From: an uncultured Chloroflexia bacterium
Lineage (GTDB): Bacteria > Chloroflexota > Limnocylindria > Limnocylindrales > CSP1-4
DNA: 64,000 bases
Direction of reading: 5' to 3'
NCBI GenBank assembly: GCA_963734535.1
Contig: CAVTHS010000004.1
Span: forward strand, 96,001 to 160,000
Shown here: positions 1 through 10,141 of the stretch, one piece after another
Layout: the number at the start of each line of letters is the position of its first letter
Position numbering within the stretch: the first letter of the stretch is position 1
Notes under the pieces: model-generated
What the model was told of the DNA's origin: nothing
What the model saw: only the letters and a program-made list of their open reading frames with translations
The model's database searches: none
Program-made: the position numbers and the translations under genes

Positions 1-2
1 CG

Positions 3-206
3 GCGATGGCGAAGCTCGTGCGGCCGGAGGACTTCCGCAACCGCGTCCTGATGTCGTCGGACCTCGGGGTCCACGTCGCGAACATCCAGCACTACGTCGA
101 CATGGGCTTCGACGAGATCCACCTCCACAACGTCGGCCGAAACCAGGCCGAGTTCATCGAGGTCTTCGGCGCCGAGGTTCTCCCTGCGCTTCGGCTGGGC
201 GCCTGA
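3..206 (+). CDS. LLM-class (probably F420-dependent, G6PDH-like) oxidoreductase, C-terminal part; gene starts before the window
   Basis: C-terminal pattern 'YVDMGFDEIHLHNVGRNQAEFIEVFGAEVLPAL' typical of luciferase-like F420 enzymes. Confidence 0.7.
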   Translation, partial: AMAKLVRPEDFRNRVLMSSDLGVHVANIQHYVDMGFDEIHLHNVGRNQAEFIEVFGAEVLPALRLGA

Positions 207-214
207 GCGATCCG

Positions 215-844
215 ATGGCGCTGGCCGTCGCCTTCGATCGACCCGCCGATCGCGATGCCGAGGTCCGGGGCCGTCCCGGCGAAGTCCGGTTCCTGGAGAT
301 CGCCCCGGTCCGCGCCGTGATGATCGACGGCGAGGGCCAGGTGGGCGAGACGACTTTCGCCCCGCGGATGCCCGGCCTCTTCGCGACCGCGTACGGGCTC
401 CGTTTCGCGCTGAAGCGGCGCGGCGTCCAGCGTCGCACGGGGATGCTCGAGGGGTTCTTCTGGATGGCGGACGGATCGACGGACTTCGACGCGATCCTGG
501 GGCCCGACCGGGATACGTGGCGCTGGACCGTGCTGATCTCGCTGCCCGGTGAGGCATCGGACCAGGAGCTCGCGTCCGCGCTTGCCGGCGGACGAGCGAA
601 GCTTCCGCCCGAGCTCGCGGCCAACCTCCGGATCGAGACGATCGCGGAGGGCCGAGTCGCCCAGGTCCTCCACCTCGGCCCGTACGCGGAAGAGCGCCCC
701 ACGATCGAGCTGCTCCACGCGGCGATCGCCGCCGCCGGCCTGCGCCCGCGGGGCCGGCACCACGAGCTCTACCTTGGCGACCCGCGGCGGTCGGCGCCCG
801 AGCGCCTCCGGACGCTCATCCGCCAGCCGGTCGAGCCGGCCTGA
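215..844 (+). CDS. GyrI-like small-molecule-binding domain protein
   Basis: Motifs 'LEGFFW', 'WRWTVLI', 'AQVLHLGPYAEE', 'HHELYLGDPRRSAPERLRTLIRQPV'. Confidence 0.85.
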   Translation: MALAVAFDRPADRDAEVRGRPGEVRFLEIAPVRAVMIDGEGQVGETTFAPRMPGLFATAYGLRFALKRRGVQRRTGMLEGFFWMADGSTDFDAILGPDRDTWRWTVLISLPGEASDQELASALAGGRAKLPPELAANLRIETIAEGRVAQVLHLGPYAEERPTIELLHAAIAAAGLRPRGRHHELYLGDPRRSAPERLRTLIRQPVEPA

Positions 845-957
845 CGCGCACCGCCGGCGCGGCCCTGGCCGCCGGTGCTGCGCTTCGCCGCCGGCCACGG
901 GCATCGGCGGTCACGGCCCTTCGCCGCCGGGCACGGGCCACGGCGGTCGACTCGAAA

Positions 958-1202
958 TCCTCGCCAATGCGGTTTGCTGCATCACTATCCGAATTCGATC
1001 CGGTCCGGCACGCCCTCGGCGGCGGCGAGAACCGGCGCCGGCGTCGGGAACTCTCCTCAATGCGGCGATTGCGACGCACAGGCGAGGAAATCTCCGGCTG
1101 ACGGCGCATCCACAACGGCCGGACGTGCGCGCCGATTCGGTCGCGCGGCGCGATCGGCCCGCGTTACCGGGGTAGTGATTGCCCGCGAGGCATTGACGAG
1201 GA
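958..1202. repeat. Long imperfect inverted repeat element between convergent genes
   Basis: Arm 958-990 (TCCTCGCCAATGC-N10-ATCACTATCC) matches the reverse complement of 1170-1202 (TCCTCGTCAATGC-N10-ATCACTACCC). Confidence 0.7.
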
Positions 1203-1257
1203 AGGCCCGGTCTGGCGGCCGTCCGCCGCACCACCAGGGCTGCCACCTCCGCGCGGC

Positions 1258-3927
1258 TCAGATGCCGAGGAAACGCTCCACGACCCGGTACCGCCACACG
1301 GCGTGGAGCGCCACGGCCCAGGCCACGACCGCCACGAGGACGATCGCGAGCTCCGCCGCGCCCAGGGTGTGGAGCGCGAAGATCGTCCGCCCCGCCGGCA
1401 TCGCGAGCATCACCAGGTAGAGCGCGGCGAGCCCCCCGGCCAGGATCGTCGGTCGCCGATCGGGTGACCGCGGCTCGATGACCGCGAGCCACGCAACCGG
1501 CGGCTCCACGAAGACCACGAGCACGAGGCCCGCGAACACCAGGAACGACGTGAGGGCCGACTGGGCGATGGTGACCGCCGCGTCGAGGTCAGCCGGGTCC
1601 ACCGATCCTCGGCCCGCGATCGCCTCGAGGCCGCCAAGCTGGTGGACGATGACGCCGAACAGGACCGCCAGTCCGGCGAGGCTCGAGAGGACCGCCGCGG
1701 GCACCACGAACCGGGCCAGGGTCCGGCCGAGCGAGTCGTGGTCCCGGGCGCCTGGCTGCGCCCAGACGGCGAGGAGTGCCGTCGGGATCCCCACCGTGAA
1801 CAGCACGAGCGCCGAGCCGTTCCGCAGGTCGATCGGGAAGATCCCGATCACGAGCGAGGTGACGATCAGGAGGCCGACGGTCGTGATCCGGCTGAGGAAC
1901 AGTCGCAGGATGTCCTGCATCCCGTTCCGGATCCGCTGGCCCTCCTCGACCGCCGGCGCCAGCGAGGCGAACGAGTCGTTCGTCAGCACGATGTCCGCGA
2001 CACCGCGGGCCGCCTGGCTTCCGCTCTGCATGGCAATCCCCAGGTTCGCCTTCTTGAGCGAGAGGACGTCGTTGACGCCGTCGCCGATCATCGCCACGTA
2101 GCGGCCCCGCGACCGCAGGGCGTCCACGAGCCGCTCCTTCTGGGCCGGCGTGATCCGCCCGAAGACCGTGGTCTCGAGCGCAACGCCCGCCAGCTGCTCG
2201 TCGTCCATCGCGTCGAGCGCCGGCCCCGCGATCGAGCGGAGATCCGGTCCAAGCCCGGCCTGGACGGCCAGCGCGACCACGGTCTCCGGGTCGTCGCCGG
2301 AGATGACCTTCGGCGTGACGCCGGCGGCGGCGAAGCGGGCGAGCGTCGCGGCGGCATCCGGCCGCAGCTCGTCCGCCAGCACGGCCAAGCCGATCGCGCG
2401 CATCCCGGCCGGCAGGGTCGGCGCGTCGTCCTCGCCGGCGAGGCCGCCCGGGTCGTCGAACGCCGCAACCACCAGCACCCGCAGCCCGCGGCTCGTGTAC
2501 GGCTCCATGCGCGCCCGGAGCTCCGTCCAGGCCTCCTCGTCCTCCATCCCGCGGCCGAGGACCGGCCGGAGAAACTCCGCCGCCCCCATCGCCACCACGC
2601 CGGTCCGGCCGGGGCCGGTGGCCGCCCCCACCCGATCGGGTCCGGCGTCCGGCGCGAACGCGACGGCGCTCCACTTTCGCGCAGACGAGAACGCCACGTC
2701 GCGGGCGAGCGGCCTGGCGGTCCCCGGGCAGGCGGCGGCGATCGCCTCGGCCGTCTTGTTGCGTACGGCCGCGCTCGCCACGACGTCGCCGAGGAGCGTG
2801 CGAAGGTCCACCTCGCTGCCCTCGAGCGGGACGATCTCTGTGACGGAGAGCTTGTTCGCCGTGAGCGTGCCCGTCTTGTCCAGGCAGAGGACGTTGACGT
2901 TGCTCAGCGACTCGATCGCGTTCGCCTGCTGCACCAGCGCCCCGAACCGGATGATCCGGACCGCGCCGAGCGCGTAGGCGATCGCGATCGAGACGAACAG
3001 CCCGTTCGGCACCAGGCCGACCAGGAGCGCCGCCTCGCCCACCGTCCGGCCAGCCGCCACGAGCTTCAGCACGTTGTTGAGGACCAGCACGATCTCGAGG
3101 TAGACGACCACCGCGAGGGCGATCCGGATCACGAGGTTGATCTCGGACTGGAGCGGCGTGAGGACCCGGCGGAACGTCCGGGCGCCCGCCGTGATCCGGT
3201 TTGCCAGGCTGTCCGCGCCGACCGCGGTCACCACGAAGCTGCCGCCGCCGTTGACCACGAAGCTGCCGGAGAAGACCGCGTCGCCGGGGAGCTTCGGGAT
3301 CAGGTCCGACTCACCGGTCAGCTGCGACTCGTCGGCTTCCAGGCGGCCCAGCGTCAGACGCCCATCGAGGACGACCTGGTCGCCCGCGCCCACGCGCAGG
3401 AGGTCGCCGACGACGAGCTCCTCGGGTCCCACGGACCGTTCGGCACCGTCGCGGATGAGCGCCGCCATCGGCCGTGTCAGGAGGGCGATCCGGTCGAGCG
3501 TCCGCTTCGCGCGCACCTCCTGGACGACGCTCACCGCGATGTTCACCCCGATCACGCCCAGCGAGACGGCGGCGTCGAGCGGCCGACCCACGATGACGAG
3601 CAGCACGCCGAGCACGAAGATCACGTCGTTGATGAACGTGAAGACGTTCTCCCGGACGATCTGGGCGTACGTCCGGCCGGTGGCGAGCGGGGCGGTGTTC
3701 CCACGGCCGGCGGCTCGCCGGGCCGTTGCCTCCGCCTCGGTCAGGCCGGTTGCCGGCGTTCCCGCGACGATCGCGTCGGCGGCCGCTGTGCTCGTGGCGT
3801 CCGCGGCCGTGTCTCCGGTCCTCTTGCCAGCCGCGCCGGGGGCGGCGTCGGCAGGCTCGGCGTGCCCGCCCGCGTCGTCGGGCGGCGTCGGGAGCGTGGG
3901 GTCGCTGATGGGCGAGGCGGCACTCAC
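1258..3927 (-). CDS. Cation-translocating P-type ATPase (CtpE-like)
   Basis: TGES, DKTGTLT, ISGDD and GDGVND motifs plus TM helices. GTG start at 3927 lies 6 nt after a TACGCT -10 motif; the longer ORF to 4395 runs through a different relic gene. Confidence 0.9.
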   Translation of the reverse strand: MSAASPISDPTLPTPPDDAGGHAEPADAAPGAAGKRTGDTAADATSTAAADAIVAGTPATGLTEAEATARRAAGRGNTAPLATGRTYAQIVRENVFTFINDVIFVLGVLLVIVGRPLDAAVSLGVIGVNIAVSVVQEVRAKRTLDRIALLTRPMAALIRDGAERSVGPEELVVGDLLRVGAGDQVVLDGRLTLGRLEADESQLTGESDLIPKLPGDAVFSGSFVVNGGGSFVVTAVGADSLANRITAGARTFRRVLTPLQSEINLVIRIALAVVVYLEIVLVLNNVLKLVAAGRTVGEAALLVGLVPNGLFVSIAIAYALGAVRIIRFGALVQQANAIESLSNVNVLCLDKTGTLTANKLSVTEIVPLEGSEVDLRTLLGDVVASAAVRNKTAEAIAAACPGTARPLARDVAFSSARKWSAVAFAPDAGPDRVGAATGPGRTGVVAMGAAEFLRPVLGRGMEDEEAWTELRARMEPYTSRGLRVLVVAAFDDPGGLAGEDDAPTLPAGMRAIGLAVLADELRPDAAATLARFAAAGVTPKVISGDDPETVVALAVQAGLGPDLRSIAGPALDAMDDEQLAGVALETTVFGRITPAQKERLVDALRSRGRYVAMIGDGVNDVLSLKKANLGIAMQSGSQAARGVADIVLTNDSFASLAPAVEEGQRIRNGMQDILRLFLSRITTVGLLIVTSLVIGIFPIDLRNGSALVLFTVGIPTALLAVWAQPGARDHDSLGRTLARFVVPAAVLSSLAGLAVLFGVIVHQLGGLEAIAGRGSVDPADLDAAVTIAQSALTSFLVFAGLVLVVFVEPPVAWLAVIEPRSPDRRPTILAGGLAALYLVMLAMPAGRTIFALHTLGAAELAIVLVAVVAWAVALHAVWRYRVVERFLGI

Positions 3928-3989
3928 CCGCGGAGCGTACGGCCGCGGGTCAAGGTCCGATGGACGGACGTGCGACAGGGACCGATTCA

Positions 3990-4240
3990 CGTTTACCGCT
4001 GGTCCGCCGGCTGCGTCACGGATTCGTTCTCGCTTCTCGCGGCAGCGCCGGACGACCGCATCCCACGCCCGGATGTGCGTCTTCACCTCGATCGCGACGG
4101 CCTCCCGGAGCGCCTCGAGTCGAACGTCGGTCGACAATCGTCCGGGCCGGGCGCCCGCACCGCTGACACCGATCGCGCGCGACCTCAGCCTGCGGCACGC
4201 CCAGCCCGAGCCGGAGCTCCCCCAACTCCTGTCCCGGTCG
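3990..4240 (-). pseudogene. Degenerate XRE-family HTH plus PD-(D/E)xK nuclease-like gene fragment
   Basis: 'GQELGELRLGLGVPQAEVAR', then a frameshift to 'AIGVS' (XRE HTH), joined directly to 'STDVRLEALREAVAIEVKTHIRAWDAVVRR' (D..ExK motif). Confidence 0.55.
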
Positions 4241-4612
4241 AGTGGCGTCGAGGCGAGCCAGGCGGGAAGCTTCACGCTCGACGATCCGACGTGAGCCGGC
4301 GCGTTGCTACCGAGGACGCACGCGGGACTCCAAAGGCGACGGAGTGATCGGCCGTGCGAGCCTTCCATCCGGCTCTGCCCCGCGACCGTTCCCACGGGAG
4401 AACAGATCGCCCGTATGCCGGAGTCTTCGAGGATCTCGGTGGCTTGTAGTTCCGTCCTGTTCGTGGGACGCGAACGTACTGGCGCCCAGGGTGAGCGGAC
4501 GAACCCGCGCCGTCCTCATCTGCGCCTTCTGGTCGCCTGGGGCGACGTTACGCACACGGGCGGGATGGACGAACCCCGTCACCGAGAGCGGACCACATTC
4601 CGCCATCTCGGC

Positions 4613-6863
4613 CTACCGCCAGCCGCGGACCTCGTCGGGGTAGAGGCGGACTCGCCGGTACGGCTCGCGACCGCGCGAGCGCGAGACGAGGTTCGCCCGC
4701 TCTGCCATCTGGTGCTGGAGCCGCCGGATGTACGCGCTCTGCGGTGCCAGTTCCACGGCCTGCGACTCGCGGACGACCATCCCGATCGCCTCCTCCGTCT
4801 CGAGGAGCGCGGCCTGGCGCGGATCGACCTCCAGGCTGAAGACGGAGGTGAGGCTCGCCTGCATCTGGATCGTCGTGTTCGCCTTCAGGACGTAGATCGG
4901 GAGCGCTCGGCTCTCGGCGTCCCGGATCGTCTGACCCTTCTGGCGATACTCGCTGCGCAGCGTCATCACGACATCGGTCTCGTCGAGATCCCGCGCCACG
5001 ATCACGGGGAGCTGGAGCTCGCGGATCGCCTGCTCGAGACGCTTGCGGCTGATGCCGAACGGGAAGACCCGCAGCGTGGGGAGGATGCCGTGCTCCACGC
5101 GCAGCGCCGGGCCGTCCTCGTCGCGGGCCGCCGCGATCGCCCGATCTGCGAGCGCCTCGTCATCGGCGACGAGGTCGGCCGCGTTCACCGGCCCGGTCCC
5201 CTCTTCCGCCTTGAACGCCTCCAGCGCGCGGCTGGCCTGGTCACGCCACTCGCGGTGGCGGTCGAGCTCGCGGGCCTCGCGTGCGCGAACCTCCGTTGCC
5301 GCGAGGGACGCTGGAGCCGCGCCGGGTGTCGCTGCGGCGCCGGGTGTCGCTGCGGCGCCGGGTGTCGCTGCGGCGACGGATGTGCCTGCCCGCTCGACCG
5401 GGCCGCGGTCGGCGATCTCGCCGGCGACGAACGGTGCGTCGGTGATCGCGAGGCGGCTGGCTGCTCTGTGACTGGGCCTGACGCTCCTCGCGCGGCCGTC
5501 GGGCGGTCCGCCGCCAGGCGGGCCGTCATCCGCCGAACTGCCGCCCACGGGCCCTCGATCGTCGCGATTCGCGATTCGCTCGCCGGGCATCGTCCGGCCG
5601 GATTCGGCGCCGGTCGCGGACCGATCGCCGCCCCCGGACGACCGGCCACCCCTCGATTCGCGCCAGCCGCCGCTCGCGCCCGGGCGGAACGCCGGCGGTC
5701 GGCTGGACCGACCCGCGATCCCCTTCCCAGGTCGCGCTCCGGTAGCTCGTGTCCCCGCGCCAGCCGGGCTCCTGCCGCCAGCCGCCGCCGCCCGCGCCGA
5801 CCAGGCCCGCGAATCGCTCGCGGCCCAGCTGCTCGCGCGGCGACGGCCGTGGCCGCGACTGCGAGCGATGGACGCCACCCTCGTCCTTCCAGCGCAGCTC
5901 CGGCGCGACCGGGTCGCCGCGGAGCATCGCATCGATCGTCTCGCCGACGTCGGCGTGGACCATGACCCGCTCGCGGTCCTGGATCTCCACGATCACGTCG
6001 AACGTCGGCGGCGCCTTGCGCTCGAGGACGCTCTTCTGGGTCCGGCGGCGGCGCGCCTCTTCGTCCCCGAGGGTGACGCTCTGGATCCCGCCGATCAGGT
6101 CGGAGAGCGTCGGGTTGAGCATCAGGTTGTCGAGATTGTTGCCGTGGGCCGTCCCGATCAGCTGCACGCCCCGCTCGGCGATCGTGCGGGCGGCCAGCGC
6201 CTCCAGCTCCGTCCCGATCTCGTCGATGACGATGACCTGCGGCATGTGGTTCTCCACCGCCTCGATCATCACCTCGTGCTGGAGCGACGGCGTGCGGACC
6301 TGCATCCGGCGGGCCTTGCCGATGGCCGGGTGGGGGATGTCGCCGTCGCCCGCGATCTCGTTCGAGGTGTCGACGACCACGACCCGCTTGCCCAGGTCAT
6401 CGGCAAGCACGCGGGCTGCCTCGCGGAGCATCGTGGTCTTGCCGATGCCGGGGCGGCCCATGATGAGGATCGACTTCCCCGACTCGACGAAGTCGCCGAT
6501 GATCTCGATCGTGCCGTAGACGGCGCGCCCGATCCGGCAGGTCAGCCCCACGATCTTGCCGGCCCGGTTCCGGATCGCGGAGATGCGGTGGAGCGTCCGC
6601 TCGATGCCGGCCCGGTTGTCGTCGCCGAACGAGCCGATCTTCTCGACAACCAGGGCGATGTCCGCCTCGGTCACCTCGCGGTCCAGGAGGGTCACCTCGC
6701 TGTCGGGGAAGCGCGCCTCCGGGACGCGGCCCAGGTCCAGCACGACCTCGATGAGCGCGGTCTGGTTCGGCAGGGCATGGATGGCCGCCACGATCTCCGG
6801 CGGCAGCGCGCCGAGGAGCGCGTCGAGGTCGTCGATCAGTTCGCGGGTCGGATGGTCGGCCAT
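4613..6863 (-). CDS. Ycf45/SpoIIIAA-like AAA ATPase with C-terminal R3H domain; apparent frameshift near 5690
   Basis: Walker [10 protein letters not shown], 'DTSNEI', '[14 protein letters not shown]' and 'GTAHG' in ORF 5526-6863; R3H '[22 protein letters not shown]' in ORF 4613-5932. Confidence 0.85.
5321..5374. repeat. 18-bp tandem repeat x3 encoding AAATPG in the ATPase-R3H linker
   Basis: gccgggtgtcgctgcggc repeated three times. Confidence 0.9.
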
Positions 6864-6873
6864 TCCCTCCCCT

Positions 6874-7942
6874 TCAGCGGATGGCCGGCACCATGGCCGG
6901 CTCGGCGACGCGGACCAGGGTCTCCTTCATGAGGAGCGTGACGGTCGCGACGGTCGCGAATCCCGCCTCCTCGACCCGGTGCTCGAGCGGTGATTCGTAC
7001 GTGCGGATCGGGCAGATCACGCCGTGGTCGTGGCCGTGGTCGCGCTTCTCCGCCCGGGCGCCGATCACGCCCAGGCCGAACCGGATGAGCGACGTGGCGT
7101 CGGTCCCGGGCCGGACCAGGACCCGCAGGTAGTGCGGCTGGTCCTCCTTGGCGACGCCAACCTGGACGAAGCCCTGGAGCTGGGTCGGGTCGGCGGAGCC
7201 CTCCGGGGCCTCCTGCAGGAACGACTCGACGTCGGCGAAGCGGAGGATCGGGGTCAGGCTGGAGCGCGGCATCGATCGACCCGGAGCCGTGGCGCTCCCA
7301 GTCGGCGATCCGGTGGATCTCCAGGCGCGCAACGGGCGCCGGCGTCACCGCGTTGTAGAGGCGGAAGAGCGCGACCGCATCCGTCCCCCCGACCGGGCGA
7401 ATCCCCAGCTCGCCGGCCTCCTGGTCCGTGAACGGCTCGGGGAGCGGCACGCTCGATGGGCGGAAGGAGACCAGCTCGTCCCCGTAGCGCATGAAGCCGG
7501 CCTGCATGAACAGCTCCACGTTGCCGTCCACGTCAGCGCAGGCGACGTGGAAGCGGGTCGCCCCGCGCTTCGTGCCGTCGCGGAGGCACGCCTGCACCAT
7601 CCGGTAGCGGATGTCGCCCGCGTCGGCCAGGCCCACTGCGTCGAGCTCCACGATCGTCCACTCGTCGCGCGCGCTGTCGCGCTCCACGCGGAGGAGCCCG
7701 CCCACGTGCCCGTCGCGCTCGTGGACGTAGAGCAGGTCGTTCGGACGGAACGCGCCCAGCGGGAGCCGAAAGAGCGTGAACACGCCGATCGGCGGACCCG
7801 CGAGCGGAAGCCCCAGCGAGCGAGCGCCGGTGCCCTCGGCCTGGGCCAGGCGCGAGAGCTCGCCGAGCGCGGAGAGGTCGGTGAGGCGCGCCGGGCGAAC
7901 CTTGCCGCCCCGACCCGCGGACGATCCGGGCCGGCCGGTCAC
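6874..7942 (-). CDS. Tandem GNAT-fold hypothetical protein; apparent frameshift near 7275
   Basis: N-part 'VRPARLTDL...ELFMQAGF' (ORF 6836-7942) continues as '[12 protein letters not shown]...VEEAGFATV' (ORF 6874-7332). Confidence 0.6.
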
Positions 7943-7985
7943 GACCCGGCCCTCGTGCGCCGCGTGGGGTGGTCAAGGCGGCCGA

Positions 7986-8624
7986 TCATGGCTCGGTCCT
8001 CGCACGGCGCGTGGGGTGGTGCCGCCGGCCGCTCCCCTCACCGGGATCCGCGTGCTCCGCCGCCATCGTCGCGACCAGGCGGTGGAAGCGCGTCTCACCG
8101 GCCAGCTCCGGGTGGAACGCGGTGGCGATCACGTTCTTCTCGCGCACCGCCACGATCCGCCCGTCGTCGAGACGCGCGAGCACATCCACGTCAGCGCCGA
8201 TCTCCTCGACGATCGGGGCGCGGATGAAGATCGCGTGGACCGGCGTGTCACCGAGGATCGGCACGTGGAGCTGGGTCTCGAAGGAATCGAGCTGGCGCCC
8301 GAACGCGTTGCGCTCGACGACGACGTGGAGGAGCGGCAGCACGGGCAGCTCGCCGCCGGCGATCTCGGTCGAGAGGATGATCATCCCGGCGCACGTCCCG
8401 AAGATCGGCGCACCGGATCGGCCGAGCGCGAGGATCGGCTCGCGCAGCCCCCACCGGTCGATCAAGTGGCGCATCGTCGTGCTCTCGCCACCGGGCAGGA
8501 TCAGGCCGGCGACGTCGTCGAGATCCGCGGGCAGGCGCACCTCGACGCCCTCGACGCCGATCGCGGCGAGGGTCGCCATGTGCTCGCGGAAGGCGCCCTG
8601 CACGGCCAGGACACCGATCTTCAC
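7986..8624 (-). CDS. pdxT: PLP synthase glutaminase subunit PdxT
   Basis: 'KIGVLAVQGAFREH', 'PGGESTT', 'GTCAG', 'FHPEL'. Confidence 0.95.
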   Translation of the reverse strand: MKIGVLAVQGAFREHMATLAAIGVEGVEVRLPADLDDVAGLILPGGESTTMRHLIDRWGLREPILALGRSGAPIFGTCAGMIILSTEIAGGELPVLPLLHVVVERNAFGRQLDSFETQLHVPILGDTPVHAIFIRAPIVEEIGADVDVLARLDDGRIVAVREKNVIATAFHPELAGETRFHRLVATMAAEHADPGEGSGRRHHPTRRARTEP

Positions 8625-8733
8625 GACGTTGCTCCGGTCGGGGGTCGTCGATCGCCGGCGGGACGTCGCGGCGGGGTCCGGACGGCCGAGGTCACCGGCC
8701 GGGTCCGCCGAGGCGCGCGTCGGGTGTCGTCGA

Positions 8734-9621
8734 CTACCAGCCCCGGGTCGCGAGGCGCTCGGCATCGGGGATTGCCTCCAGCGCGATTCCGCGCATGGCT
8801 GCCCCCAGGCCCTTCGAGACCTCGGCCAGGATCTTCGGGTTGTCGAAATGGGTCGTCGCCTGGACGATCGCGTTCGCCATGCGGGCCGGCTCCTCGCTCT
8901 TGAAGATGCCCGACCCGACGAAGACGCCGTCAGCGCCCAGCTGCATGGCGAGCGCCGCGTCCGCGGGGGTGGCGATGCCGCCTGCCACGAAGTTGACGAC
9001 CGGCAGGCCGCCGGCCCGCGCGACCTCGCGGACCAGCTCGATCGGCGCGCGCAGCTCCTTCGCGGCGACGAACAGCTCGTCCTCGCGCATCGACGCGAGG
9101 CGCCGCAGCTCCGCGTTGACGGTGCGGATGTGGCGGACAGCCTCGACGATGTTGCCGGTGCCAGCCTCGCCCTTCGTGCGCACCATGGCGGCGCCCTCGG
9201 AGATCCGGCGGAGCGCCTCGCCCAGGTCGCGGCAGCCGCACACGAACGGGACCTTGAAGGCGTGCTTGTCGATGTGGTTCGTCTCGTCGGCCGGCGTCAG
9301 GACCTCGGACTCGTCGATGTAGTCGACCCCGAGCGCCTCGAGGATCTGCGCCTCGACGAAGTGGCCGATGCGGGCCTTCGCCATGACCGGGATGCTCACC
9401 GCGGCCATGATCCCCTCGATCATCGCCGGGTCGCTCATGCGCGCGACGCCACCGGTGGCGCGGATGTCGGACGGGACGCGCTCGAGCGCCATGACGGCGA
9501 CCGCGCCGGCATCCTCCGCGATCTTCGCGTGGTCGGGCGTGACGACGTCCATGATGACGCCGCCCTTGAGCATTTGGGCGAGGCCCTTCTTCGTGGCCCA
9601 GGTGGACGTTTCGACGGTCAT
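8734..9621 (-). CDS. pdxS: PLP synthase lyase subunit PdxS
   Basis: 'LKGGVIMDV', '[12 protein letters not shown]', 'RTKGEAGTG', '[10 protein letters not shown]'. Confidence 0.97.
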   Translation of the reverse strand: MTVETSTWATKKGLAQMLKGGVIMDVVTPDHAKIAEDAGAVAVMALERVPSDIRATGGVARMSDPAMIEGIMAAVSIPVMAKARIGHFVEAQILEALGVDYIDESEVLTPADETNHIDKHAFKVPFVCGCRDLGEALRRISEGAAMVRTKGEAGTGNIVEAVRHIRTVNAELRRLASMREDELFVAAKELRAPIELVREVARAGGLPVVNFVAGGIATPADAALAMQLGADGVFVGSGIFKSEEPARMANAIVQATTHFDNPKILAEVSKGLGAAMRGIALEAIPDAERLATRGW

Positions 9622-9723
9622 GTCTGGCAGCGTTCCCTGATCTGGTGGGCGGAGGTTCCGGGAGCAACCGACCGGGGGGTCATGCCCGCCTTGGGTCGCG
9701 CCGTCGCCCGCGCGCGTTGCCCG

Positions 9724-9729
9724 ATTATA
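9724..9729 (-). promoter_or_regulatory. Perfect -10 hexamer for pdxST
   Basis: TATAAT on the minus strand about 100 nt upstream of the pdxS ATG. Confidence 0.55.
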
Positions 9730-10141
9730 GCCGAGGGCCCGGGAGCACCCGGAAGGTGCCGTTCGGGGCGTGGGTCCCGGCGCGGCGGGCTCGGAGCCCG
9801 CTCCGCGATATTCGTGGGCACTCTCGTGGGCGACTCTCGTGGGCGACTCCCCCGGCGCCCACGACCGCCCGCCTCGTGCGCGACATCCGTGGGACGACTA
9901 CCCGGCGCGCCTGACGGCCGATTTGCTCGCCATATGCGTCCCGCTGCTGTTATGCGCGTCTCGCAGCCCGGATCACGGCTCCGCCCGTCCCCCGGCGACG
10001 ACTCCGAGCGTGGCCCGTGCCCACTCGGGGCGCAGACCGCGCGTCCGGCGCGCTTAGCAGTCGCGTGGCTGCTATCCCGGGACGCTCTGCGACGACGCAA
10101 CCCGCGTGTCCCCCGCCCCGGGCCTTCGGTACGATCGGGTG

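Noticed and set aside
1642-4347. Long antisense or alternate-frame ORFs (also 7969-10695, 17020-20058, 43366-45696 and others)
   Set aside because: Shadow ORFs expected at very high GC; Arg/Gly/Pro-rich with no motifs, and they overlap well-supported genes
3928-4395. Long N-terminal extension of the P-type ATPase
   Set aside because: Read-through of a relic nuclease gene; a -10 motif supports the start at 3927
9811-9850. Short tandem repeat (ctc)tcgtgggc(g)a x3 as a possible CRISPR
   Set aside because: Units of about 13 bp, no spacers, no cas genes
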